Shown: positions 1-9,372 of the stretch, piece by piece
Numbering within the stretch: position 1 is the first letter of the stretch
Layout: each line of letters opens with the position of its first letter
Assembly (NCBI GenBank): GCA_965656495.1
Contig: CBFHKU010000002.1
Span: 169,161-233,160 of the forward strand
Direction: 5' to 3'
From: Coraliomargaritaceae bacterium
GTDB taxonomy: Bacteria > Verrucomicrobiota > Verrucomicrobiia > Opitutales > Coraliomargaritaceae
DNA length: 64,000 nucleotides
Notes under the pieces: model-generated
Told to the model about the DNA's origin: nothing
The model's input: the letters and a program-made list of their open reading frames with translations, nothing else
Database searches by the model: none
Made by a program: the position numbers and the translations under genes

Positions 1-835
1 TATGGCTCTCTCGATATTGAGAGGGAGACATGCCGTGCTTTTTTTTGAAAATCCGGTAGAAATGGCTCAGGTCTCCGAAACCGACCTCAAACGCGATATC
101 GGTCACATGGATCTGTGCATCCTTCAACAAAGCCTCCACCTTTTTCAGACGATACTCGGCAATCAGCTGAACCGGGGTCAAATCGATCAGGGCCTTGATT
201 TTGCGCTGCATGGAGCGCTGGCTCATGTTGAGCCCGGAAGCGAGTCCATCGATAGTGAACTCTGGATTTGTATGTTCCTCCCTTAGAATATTGCAAAGGC
301 GTTCCCAAAACTCGCGATCCGATTGGCTCTGCAGTTCAGAGACATCCAACATCGACGCCGCCGCACCTTCATCGTCCGGCTGCGTAAGCTGGCGCTGATA
401 ACTCGCGCGCAGGAGGCGACGCGTCCGCAGCAAGTTGCTGATACGCGCCCGTAGTAACTGCATGTTGAACGGTTTGGTGATATAATCATCAACGCCCGTC
501 TCAAAGCCAGCCATCTGGCTCTCAACCGCAGTCTTAGCCGTTAACATCACCACTGGGATATGTGCGGTTTCCTCCTTGGCCTTCAACTGCTGGCAGAGTT
601 CGATTCCGTCCATCACTGGCATCATGACATCAGTCACCACGAGATCGGGTATGGTCTCCAAGGCAATCGCCAAACCCTCCTTACCATTCCTCGCCTCTAC
701 AACCTGAAAATCTTCCTGAAGATCCGAGGAGATCAGGAGACGATAGTCCGCCTCATCTTCAACAACCAGAATGACTGGAAGCCCTTCGGCATTGTCCACC
801 GAACTATGGGTTTCATCGTCTAGTTTACTCAACAT
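1..835 (-). CDS. Response regulator, REC + AraC-type HTH (runs off the window start; missing from the ORF track)
   Basis: Manual translation from ATG at 835: MLSKLDDE...ILVVEDE...PDLVVTDVMMPVMDG...MLTAK...DDYITKPF...IAFEVGFGDLSHFYRIFKKKHGMSPSQYRE. REC acidic pocket, phosphoacceptor Asp, T and KP residues and the AraC C-terminal signature are present. Confidence 0.93.
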   Translation of the reverse strand, partial: MLSKLDDETHSSVDNAEGLPVILVVEDEADYRLLISSDLQEDFQVVEARNGKEGLAIALETIPDLVVTDVMMPVMDGIELCQQLKAKEETAHIPVVMLTAKTAVESQMAGFETGVDDYITKPFNMQLLRARISNLLRTRRLLRASYQRQLTQPDDEGAAASMLDVSELQSQSDREFWERLCNILREEHTNPEFTIDGLASGLNMSQRSMQRKIKALIDLTPVQLIAEYRLKKVEALLKDAQIHVTDIAFEVGFGDLSHFYRIFKKKHGMSPSQYRESH

Positions 836-3800
836 CTTCAGCTTGATTCGATATATAGGAACGTTCTATCGGCAATAATAATGTAAATCGGGTTCCAGGG
901 CTATTCGGGTTTAAATGAATCGGGCTTTCTGCATGGATTTCACCACCCCACAAATCCACCAATTCCTTAGTCAGATTTAGACCGATTCCCGAACCATTGA
1001 CAATCGATTTTTCCGGAATTCGGTAGAACCGTTCAAAAATCCGCGGCAGATACTCAGGGTCCACCCCAGAACCCGTATCTTCAACCACGAAAGAAAGCAT
1101 ACGCCCACGCTCCGCATCTTCTACCTGACTCAGTTTCACCACAACATTTCCACCCGCAGGCGTGTATTTAAGCGCGTTACCCACCAAATTCGTGACAATC
1201 TTCGTCAGTTTATCTGAATCATACCAACCCAAACAAGCGTTCTCGCATTCAAACTGGTAAGAAACACCATTCCTTTTGGCAAGGGGTTGCAGGAATTCGA
1301 TATTCTCTTGCACATGCTGAGCTACATTCCCCTCCACTAGCTCAATCTTTATTTGCTCCGCTTCGAGTTTACGGAAATCCAGAATCTGCGAGACCAATTT
1401 TTCGATCCGTCCGGCGTTGCGCATCGCCATGTCCAGCAATATTTCCTTACGCGCATCAGTCTCGTTTCTGAGCAGACGCTCTAACGGCTCTTTTATCAAG
1501 CCAACCGGCGTATTCAATTCGTGCGAAATATTGGCAAAGAAACTGGTTTTCATCTGGTCAATTTCCTCCAAATGTATGGCACGATCCCTCAAGCGCTTAC
1601 TGCGGAAATAGAATAACATCCAAATGAACGATACCGTTCCACCGCCAATCAAGAGCACCATTGCGATAAACCAGGTGCGTTGCCACACCGCCGGCTCCAC
1701 AACAAACCTACTCGTCGCCGGACTTGGGTCGATGTTGAAATCCCGGTCCCGAGCACGTACTTCCAAAGTATACTCCCCTCGCTTGAGGCCCACAAATGAA
1801 TAGTCATATTCACTTGAGAACAATGACCATTCTCCACCATTCAGCCGCCATGAATACTGTAACTGCTCCGACGGAGTATTGAGCCAAGCGTCTTTTCCTG
1901 CCCACGAAACATGGATATTTCCAGCAGAATCAATCCGGCCAAAATTGTGAGCCATGTAGGTATTGGGTGCCAGTTTGTCCGGCTCGTAACGAACCGTCCG
2001 GAATGGATCCTTACCACTCAAATTCACCATCATCCGCAGCGATGGCACATCCTTGTCGTTAAAATTAAACCATAGGGTGCCATCCCTCGATTCGCGCATA
2101 TTCCCGCCTCGGCTCGACATACCAAAGTCGTCCGAAAACACCGCTGCCGCCCAGCTCCTGCCATCAAAACGGCTGATCCCACCATCCGACGCAGCCAGTA
2201 GGGTTCCATCCTGCAATGGCAACAAATCCACCACCAACCTGCCTGCCAAACCTTCCTCGGCGGAAAAATGCTGCCAGCCATCCTGGCCTTTGCGATAAGC
2301 CCCGGACAAGCCATTAGCAGCCCATAAGTTTTGAGCGCCATCCACCACCAGATCATGGGTAAACATACCAGGTAGTTCCGAGACAATCTGGATGTCCCCA
2401 GTCTCGATATCAAACGAATGGATCGTTGGTGATCCGATCCACATGCGTCCGTCCTCCGTTTGCGCAAACCGGTGAATGAAGTAAGGAAACTTTGGCGGCG
2501 AATGTCGCTGCAAAAGTCGAACCGTACCGTTTTCCAGCACTTCATATTGAATGGCACCGCCGGCCTGCGGAACATTTAGTTCTTCGCCCATAGCTCCCAT
2601 CCAAACGCTTCCATCCTTTGCTTCAAATTCAGCTCCAGCCCATATGTTCCTCGCGAAATCAGGTAATTCATGTAAAGTCCACTTCGATCCATCGTAGACA
2701 CTGAAAGCTGCGTGTAGTTTATGATTCCCCACTGCCCAAATCAATCCATGCCCCGATACATGGAGTGAACGTGGAACCGAGATCAATCCATCCTTCAACC
2801 CATATTCGAGCCAGCGATTGGACACGGGCTCATATGACACTACTTTATTGCGCCTTGTTAGATACCATTGCGTGCCGTCATCCGTTTCACATTGAAAATG
2901 CAGGCCCTCGTAGGTCAGCCACTGATCCATGCCCACATCCAGCGTGTGCACATTCCCCCCACGCTCAAGCACCCACCACCGACCACTCGCAGCTTCAAAA
3001 ATTGACAGATAAATACTTGGAAGCCCAAGTTGAGTTGCAGAATAAATCGTATCGTCTGAACGGTGCAGCGCCTTGAGCGTACCTGCTCCCGCCGCCCAGA
3101 TCCCCCCGTCACTGGCCCTCATCACAAAATCAAACCCGCGCTCGGACTCATGTTTCATTTCCCAGGAACCCGTGGAGGGATCGAATTGGAGTGCCCCGTT
3201 CAGTCTTCTATCCACACACCAGATCTTCCCGGTTAAATCCGCGCAAATACGCAGATCGCGGGTAACCTTCTCCATATCCATTCGATACTCAATCCACCCC
3301 TGCTTCTTGGTCGCCCGGCCGTCTCTTACTGGAATGTGAATCAAATCAAGATGCTGCAAAGGCTCCGACCGAGCCACCCAAACATCACCACCCGGAGTAT
3401 GGCAAAAAGAAGTGAGATCTTGCGACTCAGTTGTACGAAGCACGGCCTTTTTCTCCGTCAAATCCTCACTGAACCACCAAAGGGCATCCGGCATTAAAAG
3501 CCAAATCGTATTATCCTCAGCCTGCACTAGCTGGCTGTTGAAAGTGGAATGCCCCACATCCCGATGAATAACCTCCCAGGCTCCATCCTTACGTAGCACC
3601 AAGCCATTCTCCACCACTGCAAGGACTCCGCCGTTCCGGAGACACAGCACGTTTTTTCCCCATGGAGTTCGGTTGGGGTCATGTTTGATTCTCGACAACA
3701 ATTCATCATCAAAAGGAATACGCTTGATCTGAAGTCCATCATAGCGCACCAAGCCGCCAATACAACCAAACCACATCGCGCCATCCTTTGCCTCATCCAT

Positions 3801-3959
3801 AGAAAGGATGTCCAACTCGCCGAGCTCTTCCATCTCCCTCCACCGCCAAGGCTCCAGCACTGGATCCGCTAGCTTTGGCTGGTATGGCTTCACCGCCTCG
3901 CAAAAGAAAGGCAGCAGAAACGTAAGCCACAACAAACTATATTTGATCCAAAGTAGCAT
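825..3959 (-). CDS. HTCS-type sensor histidine kinase (beta-propeller repeats, Y_Y_Y domain, TM, HisKA, HATPase_c)
   Basis: Signal peptide, DG-x-x-W propeller repeats, Y_Y_Y-like LQYSWRLNGGEW...GEYTLEVRA, TM after PAVWQRTWF, H-box SHELNTP, N-box NLVGNALKY, DTGSG, IFERFY, GSGIGL. Confidence 0.92.
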   Translation of the reverse strand: MLLWIKYSLLWLTFLLPFFCEAVKPYQPKLADPVLEPWRWREMEELGELDILSMDEAKDGAMWFGCIGGLVRYDGLQIKRIPFDDELLSRIKHDPNRTPWGKNVLCLRNGGVLAVVENGLVLRKDGAWEVIHRDVGHSTFNSQLVQAEDNTIWLLMPDALWWFSEDLTEKKAVLRTTESQDLTSFCHTPGGDVWVARSEPLQHLDLIHIPVRDGRATKKQGWIEYRMDMEKVTRDLRICADLTGKIWCVDRRLNGALQFDPSTGSWEMKHESERGFDFVMRASDGGIWAAGAGTLKALHRSDDTIYSATQLGLPSIYLSIFEAASGRWWVLERGGNVHTLDVGMDQWLTYEGLHFQCETDDGTQWYLTRRNKVVSYEPVSNRWLEYGLKDGLISVPRSLHVSGHGLIWAVGNHKLHAAFSVYDGSKWTLHELPDFARNIWAGAEFEAKDGSVWMGAMGEELNVPQAGGAIQYEVLENGTVRLLQRHSPPKFPYFIHRFAQTEDGRMWIGSPTIHSFDIETGDIQIVSELPGMFTHDLVVDGAQNLWAANGLSGAYRKGQDGWQHFSAEEGLAGRLVVDLLPLQDGTLLAASDGGISRFDGRSWAAAVFSDDFGMSSRGGNMRESRDGTLWFNFNDKDVPSLRMMVNLSGKDPFRTVRYEPDKLAPNTYMAHNFGRIDSAGNIHVSWAGKDAWLNTPSEQLQYSWRLNGGEWSLFSSEYDYSFVGLKRGEYTLEVRARDRDFNIDPSPATSRFVVEPAVWQRTWFIAMVLLIGGGTVSFIWMLFYFRSKRLRDRAIHLEEIDQMKTSFFANISHELNTPVGLIKEPLERLLRNETDARKEILLDMAMRNAGRIEKLVSQILDFRKLEAEQIKIELVEGNVAQHVQENIEFLQPLAKRNGVSYQFECENACLGWYDSDKLTKIVTNLVGNALKYTPAGGNVVVKLSQVEDAERGRMLSFVVEDTGSGVDPEYLPRIFERFYRIPEKSIVNGSGIGLNLTKELVDLWGGEIHAESPIHLNPNSPGTRFTLLLPIERSYISNQAEDVE

Positions 3960-4090
3960 ATTTTTTATGAGATAGCAGGATAGTTGCTGGACTTCCAGCT
4001 TCTATCTCACCGATTTCCCACCAAGCGACCCTGCCGTCTACCCGCTCATGCAATTTTCCGGCAGGAGGAGGCATCCTCTCTGCTAAAGCT

Positions 4091-5476
4091 TCATTCAGCG
4101 GACTTCTTCTTTTTCTTTTTATTCTTTTTCTTATCTTTGGAAGAAGGATCCACATCACCCTGCTTTGCCTTCCAATATTTGGAGCCACTGGCCGGCTCCC
4201 CCATCTGCGCAAACCATGCTTGGTAAAGCTTTTCCATTTCGTGGAACTTTTCCGGGTGAGAATCCTTTAGGTTATTTTGCTCACCAATGTCATTAGCGAG
4301 ATTATAAAGACCCACTTCTCCGCGATCAAAAAGGTATTTCCAATCGCCCTGCCGCACAGCCCACTTGCCGTCGCTTCCAGAGCACCAGTAGAGGGCATCA
4401 TGGATACGATCCGCCTTACCGGTCAGTGCAGGCATTATATTTTTGCCATCCAGTGGTTTCGAGCCCGGCAGCGCCGAAATACCGGCAAGCGCCATTGATG
4501 TCGGCAGAATATCCGTCGACCAAACAGGAACCGTGCATTTGGAGCCAGCTTGGACCTTACCGGGCCACGATACAATAAATGGCACGCGGGTGCCACCTTC
4601 ATAGATGTCCTGTTTCATACCGCGCAGCGGCGCATTGTTTGCCTTCACGGCATTCGCTCCGCCATTGTCACTGAGATAGAAAATAATCGTGTTATCATAA
4701 ACTCCTGCATCCTTGAGCGCTTGAACAATTTCACCAACGCCAAGGTCGAGGTGGTACAGCATCGCCAGCATCGTATCACGTGTTTCATCACCCGTATTAT
4801 AACGCTTCACATCCTCTTCCGGTGCTTGCACAGGCGTATGAACTGCGTTGTAAGCCACATAGGCAAAAAACGGCCCATCCTTTTCGCGTTTGATAAAATC
4901 GACCGCCTCCCGAGTGATGAGCGTGGTCATATAACCTTTTTCATTCCGGAGGATCTCTTTGTTCCGGAAGACCGGACCGCCGAATTTAAGACTCGAGTCG
5001 GGGCTATGATCCCAGTAGTCATGCGCGCCGCGCCCCATGAAGCCGTAAAAATAATCAAAGCCTCGGTTGTTTGGATGGTAGTCCATACTGACACCAAGGT
5101 GCCACTTGCCAAACGCACCGGAAGTGTAACCGGCCGGTTTCAGATGCATTGGCATCCAGATTTCATCCAGTGGCATCCCTGTGCCGCCCTGTCCGGCGGT
5201 GTAAATGCCAAACCTCTGCTGATAACGACCGGTCATCAAACCAGCACGGGTTGGCGAACAGACATAACCGGAGGCATATCCGTCGGTGCAGATCACGCCC
5301 GACTTCGCCAACTTATCGATATTCGGTGTACGGACTTCCGACGGGCTATGCGGGTTATAACTGACGTCGGCATAGCCTTGGTCGTCTGAAAGAATGACCA
5401 CAATATTGGGCCGGGAATTCGCCGCTGCGAATTTGGATAACACGAGGCAAAAGATAAGGGTATATAAAACTTTCAT
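4091..5476 (-). CDS. Arylsulfatase-like S1 sulfatase (Cys type), secreted, Lys-rich C-terminal tail
   Basis: PNIVVILSDDQG, CSPTR, GKWHLG, SDNG. Likely start MKVLYTL at 5476, just after the upstream stop codon. Confidence 0.93.
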   Translation of the reverse strand: MKVLYTLIFCLVLSKFAAANSRPNIVVILSDDQGYADVSYNPHSPSEVRTPNIDKLAKSGVICTDGYASGYVCSPTRAGLMTGRYQQRFGIYTAGQGGTGMPLDEIWMPMHLKPAGYTSGAFGKWHLGVSMDYHPNNRGFDYFYGFMGRGAHDYWDHSPDSSLKFGGPVFRNKEILRNEKGYMTTLITREAVDFIKREKDGPFFAYVAYNAVHTPVQAPEEDVKRYNTGDETRDTMLAMLYHLDLGVGEIVQALKDAGVYDNTIIFYLSDNGGANAVKANNAPLRGMKQDIYEGGTRVPFIVSWPGKVQAGSKCTVPVWSTDILPTSMALAGISALPGSKPLDGKNIMPALTGKADRIHDALYWCSGSDGKWAVRQGDWKYLFDRGEVGLYNLANDIGEQNNLKDSHPEKFHEMEKLYQAWFAQMGEPASGSKYWKAKQGDVDPSSKDKKKNKKKKKKSAE

Positions 5477-5480
5477 ACGC

Positions 5481-7145
5481 TTAAGGTTTTTTCTTCTTTT
5501 CAGAATTCTTTTTGTTCTTCGATGCATCATCGGGGAAGATTACTTTCTTGCCCTGAAATTGACATTTACGCGCAAGCTCCAACTGCGCATTCACATGACC
5601 GGGCGGATGCGCATTACCTCCTGGAACCAGCTCGCCATAAGGGCGGCCAATGGACTCCAGATCCAAAGTCAATAGCTGCTGCATCGCCTTCAATCGTGAT
5701 GCATACTCAGGGTCAAACGCAAGGTTGTTGAACTCCGTCGGATCCTTATCGATACGATAGAGGCCATCTTCATACCAGAAATTTGGATTCGCGGCACCAC
5801 GCACACCGATGCCAAGCCGCCCGAGTGGACTGAGCATCGCCATTGCACGCTCACTGGGGCTCTTTTGAATGCGCATCACTTTCTCTTCCGGATAGCGGAT
5901 CGAGATGTATTTGAACTCCTTCGTCCGGATGGCACGAGCATCTCCGAGTTCAATGTAAACGTGCTCGCGCCAGTTGGCGGGTGATTCACCGCTGAAGAGC
6001 GGCATCAGGCTTTGCCCATCCAGCTGATACTCCTCGGGTAAATCGACTCCCGCGAGCTCGTAGGCGGTCGCAGCAATATCAATGCTTTGAACCAGATCCG
6101 AGTTTTCTGAACCAGCTTTAATTCCGTTCGGCCAACGGGCGATAAAAGGCACACAGCTGCCATTCAAATCCCAAAGCGAACCCTTCATCATTGAGCCATG
6201 ATCTGCCGTAAAAAAGATGAGTGTGTTATCATCCAAACCGAGCTTCTTAAGCTTTTGTAGGATTGCACCGACGCCCGCATCCACCCACGAATAGCCAGCA
6301 TGTCCGTTTGTGGGATCGAGCCCCCGCTTTTTGAGCTCAGCCAGAATCGCCTTTCGGCTCAGCATGCCCTCCGGCTGTATCGGCGCCTCAAGCTGCCCTT
6401 CTCCGGAATACAAAGGCGTTTGCATCGAGCAATACCACTCAGCGTCCGGACCATGCACGAGTGTAGTGCAAAAATGAAGGTAGAATGGTTCATCTTTGCT
6501 GTCTTCAATAAACTCCAAGGCTGCATCAATCGTCCATTCGAGATTATGCTCGTGGTAAGGCTTTACCATGTTGCCCAAGTAAATGTTTTTGGCCCAATCA
6601 AAGCCGCGGTCGGTCAGCAGTTTGCGTGCAGCCAGCTCGTTCTTGCGAAAAATCTCTGTGGTCTCAGGCGATGGCTCTGCGTTCTTCGGCAAAAACTCCA
6701 TGTCGAACTCGGCGTAATCTTCCGGATGATTGAGACCTTCGATACCGCTGGCGTGAAACTTGCCCACGTATCCAGTGCGATAGCCCGCGGCCTTCATCAT
6801 CGCTCCAACGTTCAAATTATCGGGCTCAAGCCCAACATTGAAGACCGGATTCCCCTGCGTTCCCTCCGGGCAATCATGCAGGAAGGTCGCATGTGTTGAG
6901 CGGCTCGCATAGCGCCCGGTCAGGAAGCTGTAGCGTGACGGCGTGCAGACCGTGCTCGTCACAAATGCATTATGAAACAGCATCCCCTCTTCGACCATAC
7001 GGTCGAGATTCGGCGTCCAGGCGTCATGCCCATAGGCTCCAATCGAGTCCTTATCCTGGTCGTCAGTTAAGAACACAATAATGTTTGGCCTCTGAGCACC
7101 AAAAACACACACTGAAAGCCCTAGCCATACAAACACCCACTTCAT
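5481..7145 (-). CDS. S1 sulfatase (Cys type), secreted, Lys-rich C-terminal tail
   Basis: PNIIVFLTDDQ, CTPSR, GKFH, ADHG. Start placed at MKWVFVW (7145) in front of the signal peptide; an upstream ATG is possible. Confidence 0.9.
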   Translation of the reverse strand: MKWVFVWLGLSVCVFGAQRPNIIVFLTDDQDKDSIGAYGHDAWTPNLDRMVEEGMLFHNAFVTSTVCTPSRYSFLTGRYASRSTHATFLHDCPEGTQGNPVFNVGLEPDNLNVGAMMKAAGYRTGYVGKFHASGIEGLNHPEDYAEFDMEFLPKNAEPSPETTEIFRKNELAARKLLTDRGFDWAKNIYLGNMVKPYHEHNLEWTIDAALEFIEDSKDEPFYLHFCTTLVHGPDAEWYCSMQTPLYSGEGQLEAPIQPEGMLSRKAILAELKKRGLDPTNGHAGYSWVDAGVGAILQKLKKLGLDDNTLIFFTADHGSMMKGSLWDLNGSCVPFIARWPNGIKAGSENSDLVQSIDIAATAYELAGVDLPEEYQLDGQSLMPLFSGESPANWREHVYIELGDARAIRTKEFKYISIRYPEEKVMRIQKSPSERAMAMLSPLGRLGIGVRGAANPNFWYEDGLYRIDKDPTEFNNLAFDPEYASRLKAMQQLLTLDLESIGRPYGELVPGGNAHPPGHVNAQLELARKCQFQGKKVIFPDDASKNKKNSEKKKKP

Positions 7146-7334
7146 GCAACTAGCCATCGAAAAACCTCCTGAGATCTTGCACCTGTGTCTTAAATTCAAG
7201 CTTTGTTCGTGCTCTGAAGGTATATTCATATTTGATCAATGGAGTTTAGCTCAACACCACCCAGAAAAAGCTAGTGACTGAACCTTAACTTGTAGGCATG
7301 CAATATCTCATATTAAGCGACAAATGGCTTGGCT

Positions 7335-7367
7335 TTTTACGCCAATAAAAATGCGTTTTGCGCCAAT
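7335..7367 (-). promoter_or_regulatory. Direct repeat with 21-bp period, candidate AraC/HTCS activator site
   Basis: TTTTACGCCAAT (7335-7346) and TTTTGCGCCAAT (7356-7367), 11/12 identical, upstream of the sulfatase-sulfatase-sensor-regulator unit. Confidence 0.55.
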
Positions 7368-7382
7368 CCAATGCAAGGGCAA

Positions 7383-8348
7383 CTACTGGACTGGAGCGTG
7401 ATTAAAATTATCAGTTATGAGCACCACACAGTCTTCCGATGCGACAAACTCGTAGCTGCCGCTCGCTGGCAGTAACACATTGTCGCCAAGTCGCAGCTCA
7501 CAGCCGCCGCTTTCTTTCAGCGAACCGGATACTACGCTTAAAATTCTGGGCTGCCCGGATGGAAACTTCAGCGTTTTGCCCGGAGTCAGCGTGCGGCGAT
7601 ACAGATTAAAGACATCGCTCATCGCCAGCGTTTGATCCTCGCCCTCCGGCTTCAAGGTTTCTGGCTCGAAGTCTTCGAAGTCGGAGCTACGCATCGATTC
7701 TTCAATGTGCAATTCACGCGGTGCGCCATCGAGGCCCACACGCCCCCAGTCATACACACGATAAGTTGTGTCGGAGTTCTGCTGAATTTCGAGAATCAAA
7801 TTGCCACCACCGATCGCGTGGATGCGACCACTGGGAATGAAGATAGACTCCCCGGACTTCACCGAGATGCTGTGCACCAAGTCTTCCAGCTCGTTGGACT
7901 TCAGGCCTGCTTCAAAGTCGTCACGTGTAACGCCCTTCTTCAGGCCCGCCATGAGCGTTGCGTGTGGTGCAGCGTCGGCGATATACCAGTTCTCAGTCTT
8001 CGGTTGGCCATTCAGCTCCGGTGCAATGTCTGCCGGTGGATGCACCTGCAAACTGAGCTTTTCCTGGCAATCCAACCATTTAACCAGAATTGGAAACGGC
8101 CACTCCGCCTTCCAACCTGAACCCATAATTTGTTCGGGGTCAGATTCGATCAATTCTCGCAGTGAGCTCCCCTCCTCGGTCAGAGACTGAGCCTCCGGAC
8201 GATCCACTAAATCCCAGCTCTCGCCGATGACCTTACCTTCCGGCAAATCATCACGGCCGAGCTTCTCTTGAAAATCAGTACCGCCCCAAACGCGTTCCTG
8301 ATAAATGGGCTTAAACTTAATTGGTTGGATGGAAGTTTCGATAGTCAT
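7383..8348 (-). CDS. manA: Mannose-6-phosphate isomerase, class I (cupin)
   Basis: VWGG, IGESW, FPILVKWLD, LSLQVHP, PKTENWY, GRIHAIG, EIQQNSDTTYRVYDW. Confidence 0.93.
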   Translation of the reverse strand: MTIETSIQPIKFKPIYQERVWGGTDFQEKLGRDDLPEGKVIGESWDLVDRPEAQSLTEEGSSLRELIESDPEQIMGSGWKAEWPFPILVKWLDCQEKLSLQVHPPADIAPELNGQPKTENWYIADAAPHATLMAGLKKGVTRDDFEAGLKSNELEDLVHSISVKSGESIFIPSGRIHAIGGGNLILEIQQNSDTTYRVYDWGRVGLDGAPRELHIEESMRSSDFEDFEPETLKPEGEDQTLAMSDVFNLYRRTLTPGKTLKFPSGQPRILSVVSGSLKESGGCELRLGDNVLLPASGSYEFVASEDCVVLITDNFNHAPVQ

Positions 8349-8360
8349 CGGAATGAATGC

Positions 8361-9353
8361 TTAGAGTTTTTGAGAAAGTTCAGCCCAGAGTGCTTCGAAG
8401 TCTGGAGTGAAGCTATGACATAGCGGACGTGTACCGCTGTCGATGATATTGCCCTCCTCGAGACCATACGGTGCAAAACCAGCTAAACGCACGGAGCAGA
8501 TGCCTGCCGCGCTGTCTTCGATACCGATCACGTGATGGCGCTTCTCAAATGGAATACCGAGACCGACACGTGCGGTCTCTGCGTAAAGCCATGGGTGTGG
8601 CTTTGGCGAAAGCTCACCAAGTGTGCCAGCTGAACCCTTGCGCAGCGGATAGCCCGCCGTGATGATCGCATCGTAGAAGTCTTCCGGCTTGCCCATGTCG
8701 AGTGTGCGGAAGCCGTCGAGGATCTCAGGCCATGCCTTCTCGTAGAGACCGGAGGTGACGAGGCCGAGCTTCACGCCCTTATCCTTGAGAGCGTATAGAA
8801 AGTCCTTGATACCCGGCGATGGAGTGAATGCACCCGGACGTCCACGGCCCTGCATGATCTCATTCATCTCATGGTGCGTGTGCTTGAAATACCAGTCGCG
8901 CGCTTCCTCGACGCTCTTGTCCGGGCAGTATTTGTTCACGCAGTAGCTCAAGTGCTCGGACACACTGTGACCGGAAACAAATGGCAGGTCGGCGTTTTCG
9001 AGCTGGAACCTCGAATCACCCAGCAAGCTCGCGGTGGTCATCTCGATGATCCAGATCCAGAATTCTTCACTGCGGATCGTGGTGCCATCGAGGTCCATGA
9101 GCACCGCTTCGACTGGATTGTCCACGCGGATCGGGTCGACCGGATAGTAAGCCGGGTAACCCATCTCCGACTTGACCAGTGCCATGGTGTGATCAGCCCA
9201 ACCGATGAACTCGATCTTGCGATCGGTCGTGGTGACGATGTCGAGCACCCCGCCCTGCCCCGTCTTGAAACGGGCGTCAGCGGTTTGTTCGAGAGCGTGC
9301 AGACCTTCGTCGGCTGCGGAGAATTCAAGTGCAGCAAATGCTTGTTCTTGCAT
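8361..9353 (-). CDS. HAD-superfamily hydrolase (beta-PGM/CbbY-like) with ~80-aa N-terminal extension
   Basis: Motif I DLDGT, motif II VTSG, motif III PKPHP, motif IV IEDS. Start placed at MQEQAF (9353). Confidence 0.85.
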   Translation of the reverse strand: MQEQAFAALEFSAADEGLHALEQTADARFKTGQGGVLDIVTTTDRKIEFIGWADHTMALVKSEMGYPAYYPVDPIRVDNPVEAVLMDLDGTTIRSEEFWIWIIEMTTASLLGDSRFQLENADLPFVSGHSVSEHLSYCVNKYCPDKSVEEARDWYFKHTHHEMNEIMQGRGRPGAFTPSPGIKDFLYALKDKGVKLGLVTSGLYEKAWPEILDGFRTLDMGKPEDFYDAIITAGYPLRKGSAGTLGELSPKPHPWLYAETARVGLGIPFEKRHHVIGIEDSAAGICSVRLAGFAPYGLEEGNIIDSGTRPLCHSFTPDFEALWAELSQKL

Positions 9354-9372
9354 AATGATATGAAGTTGAGAG

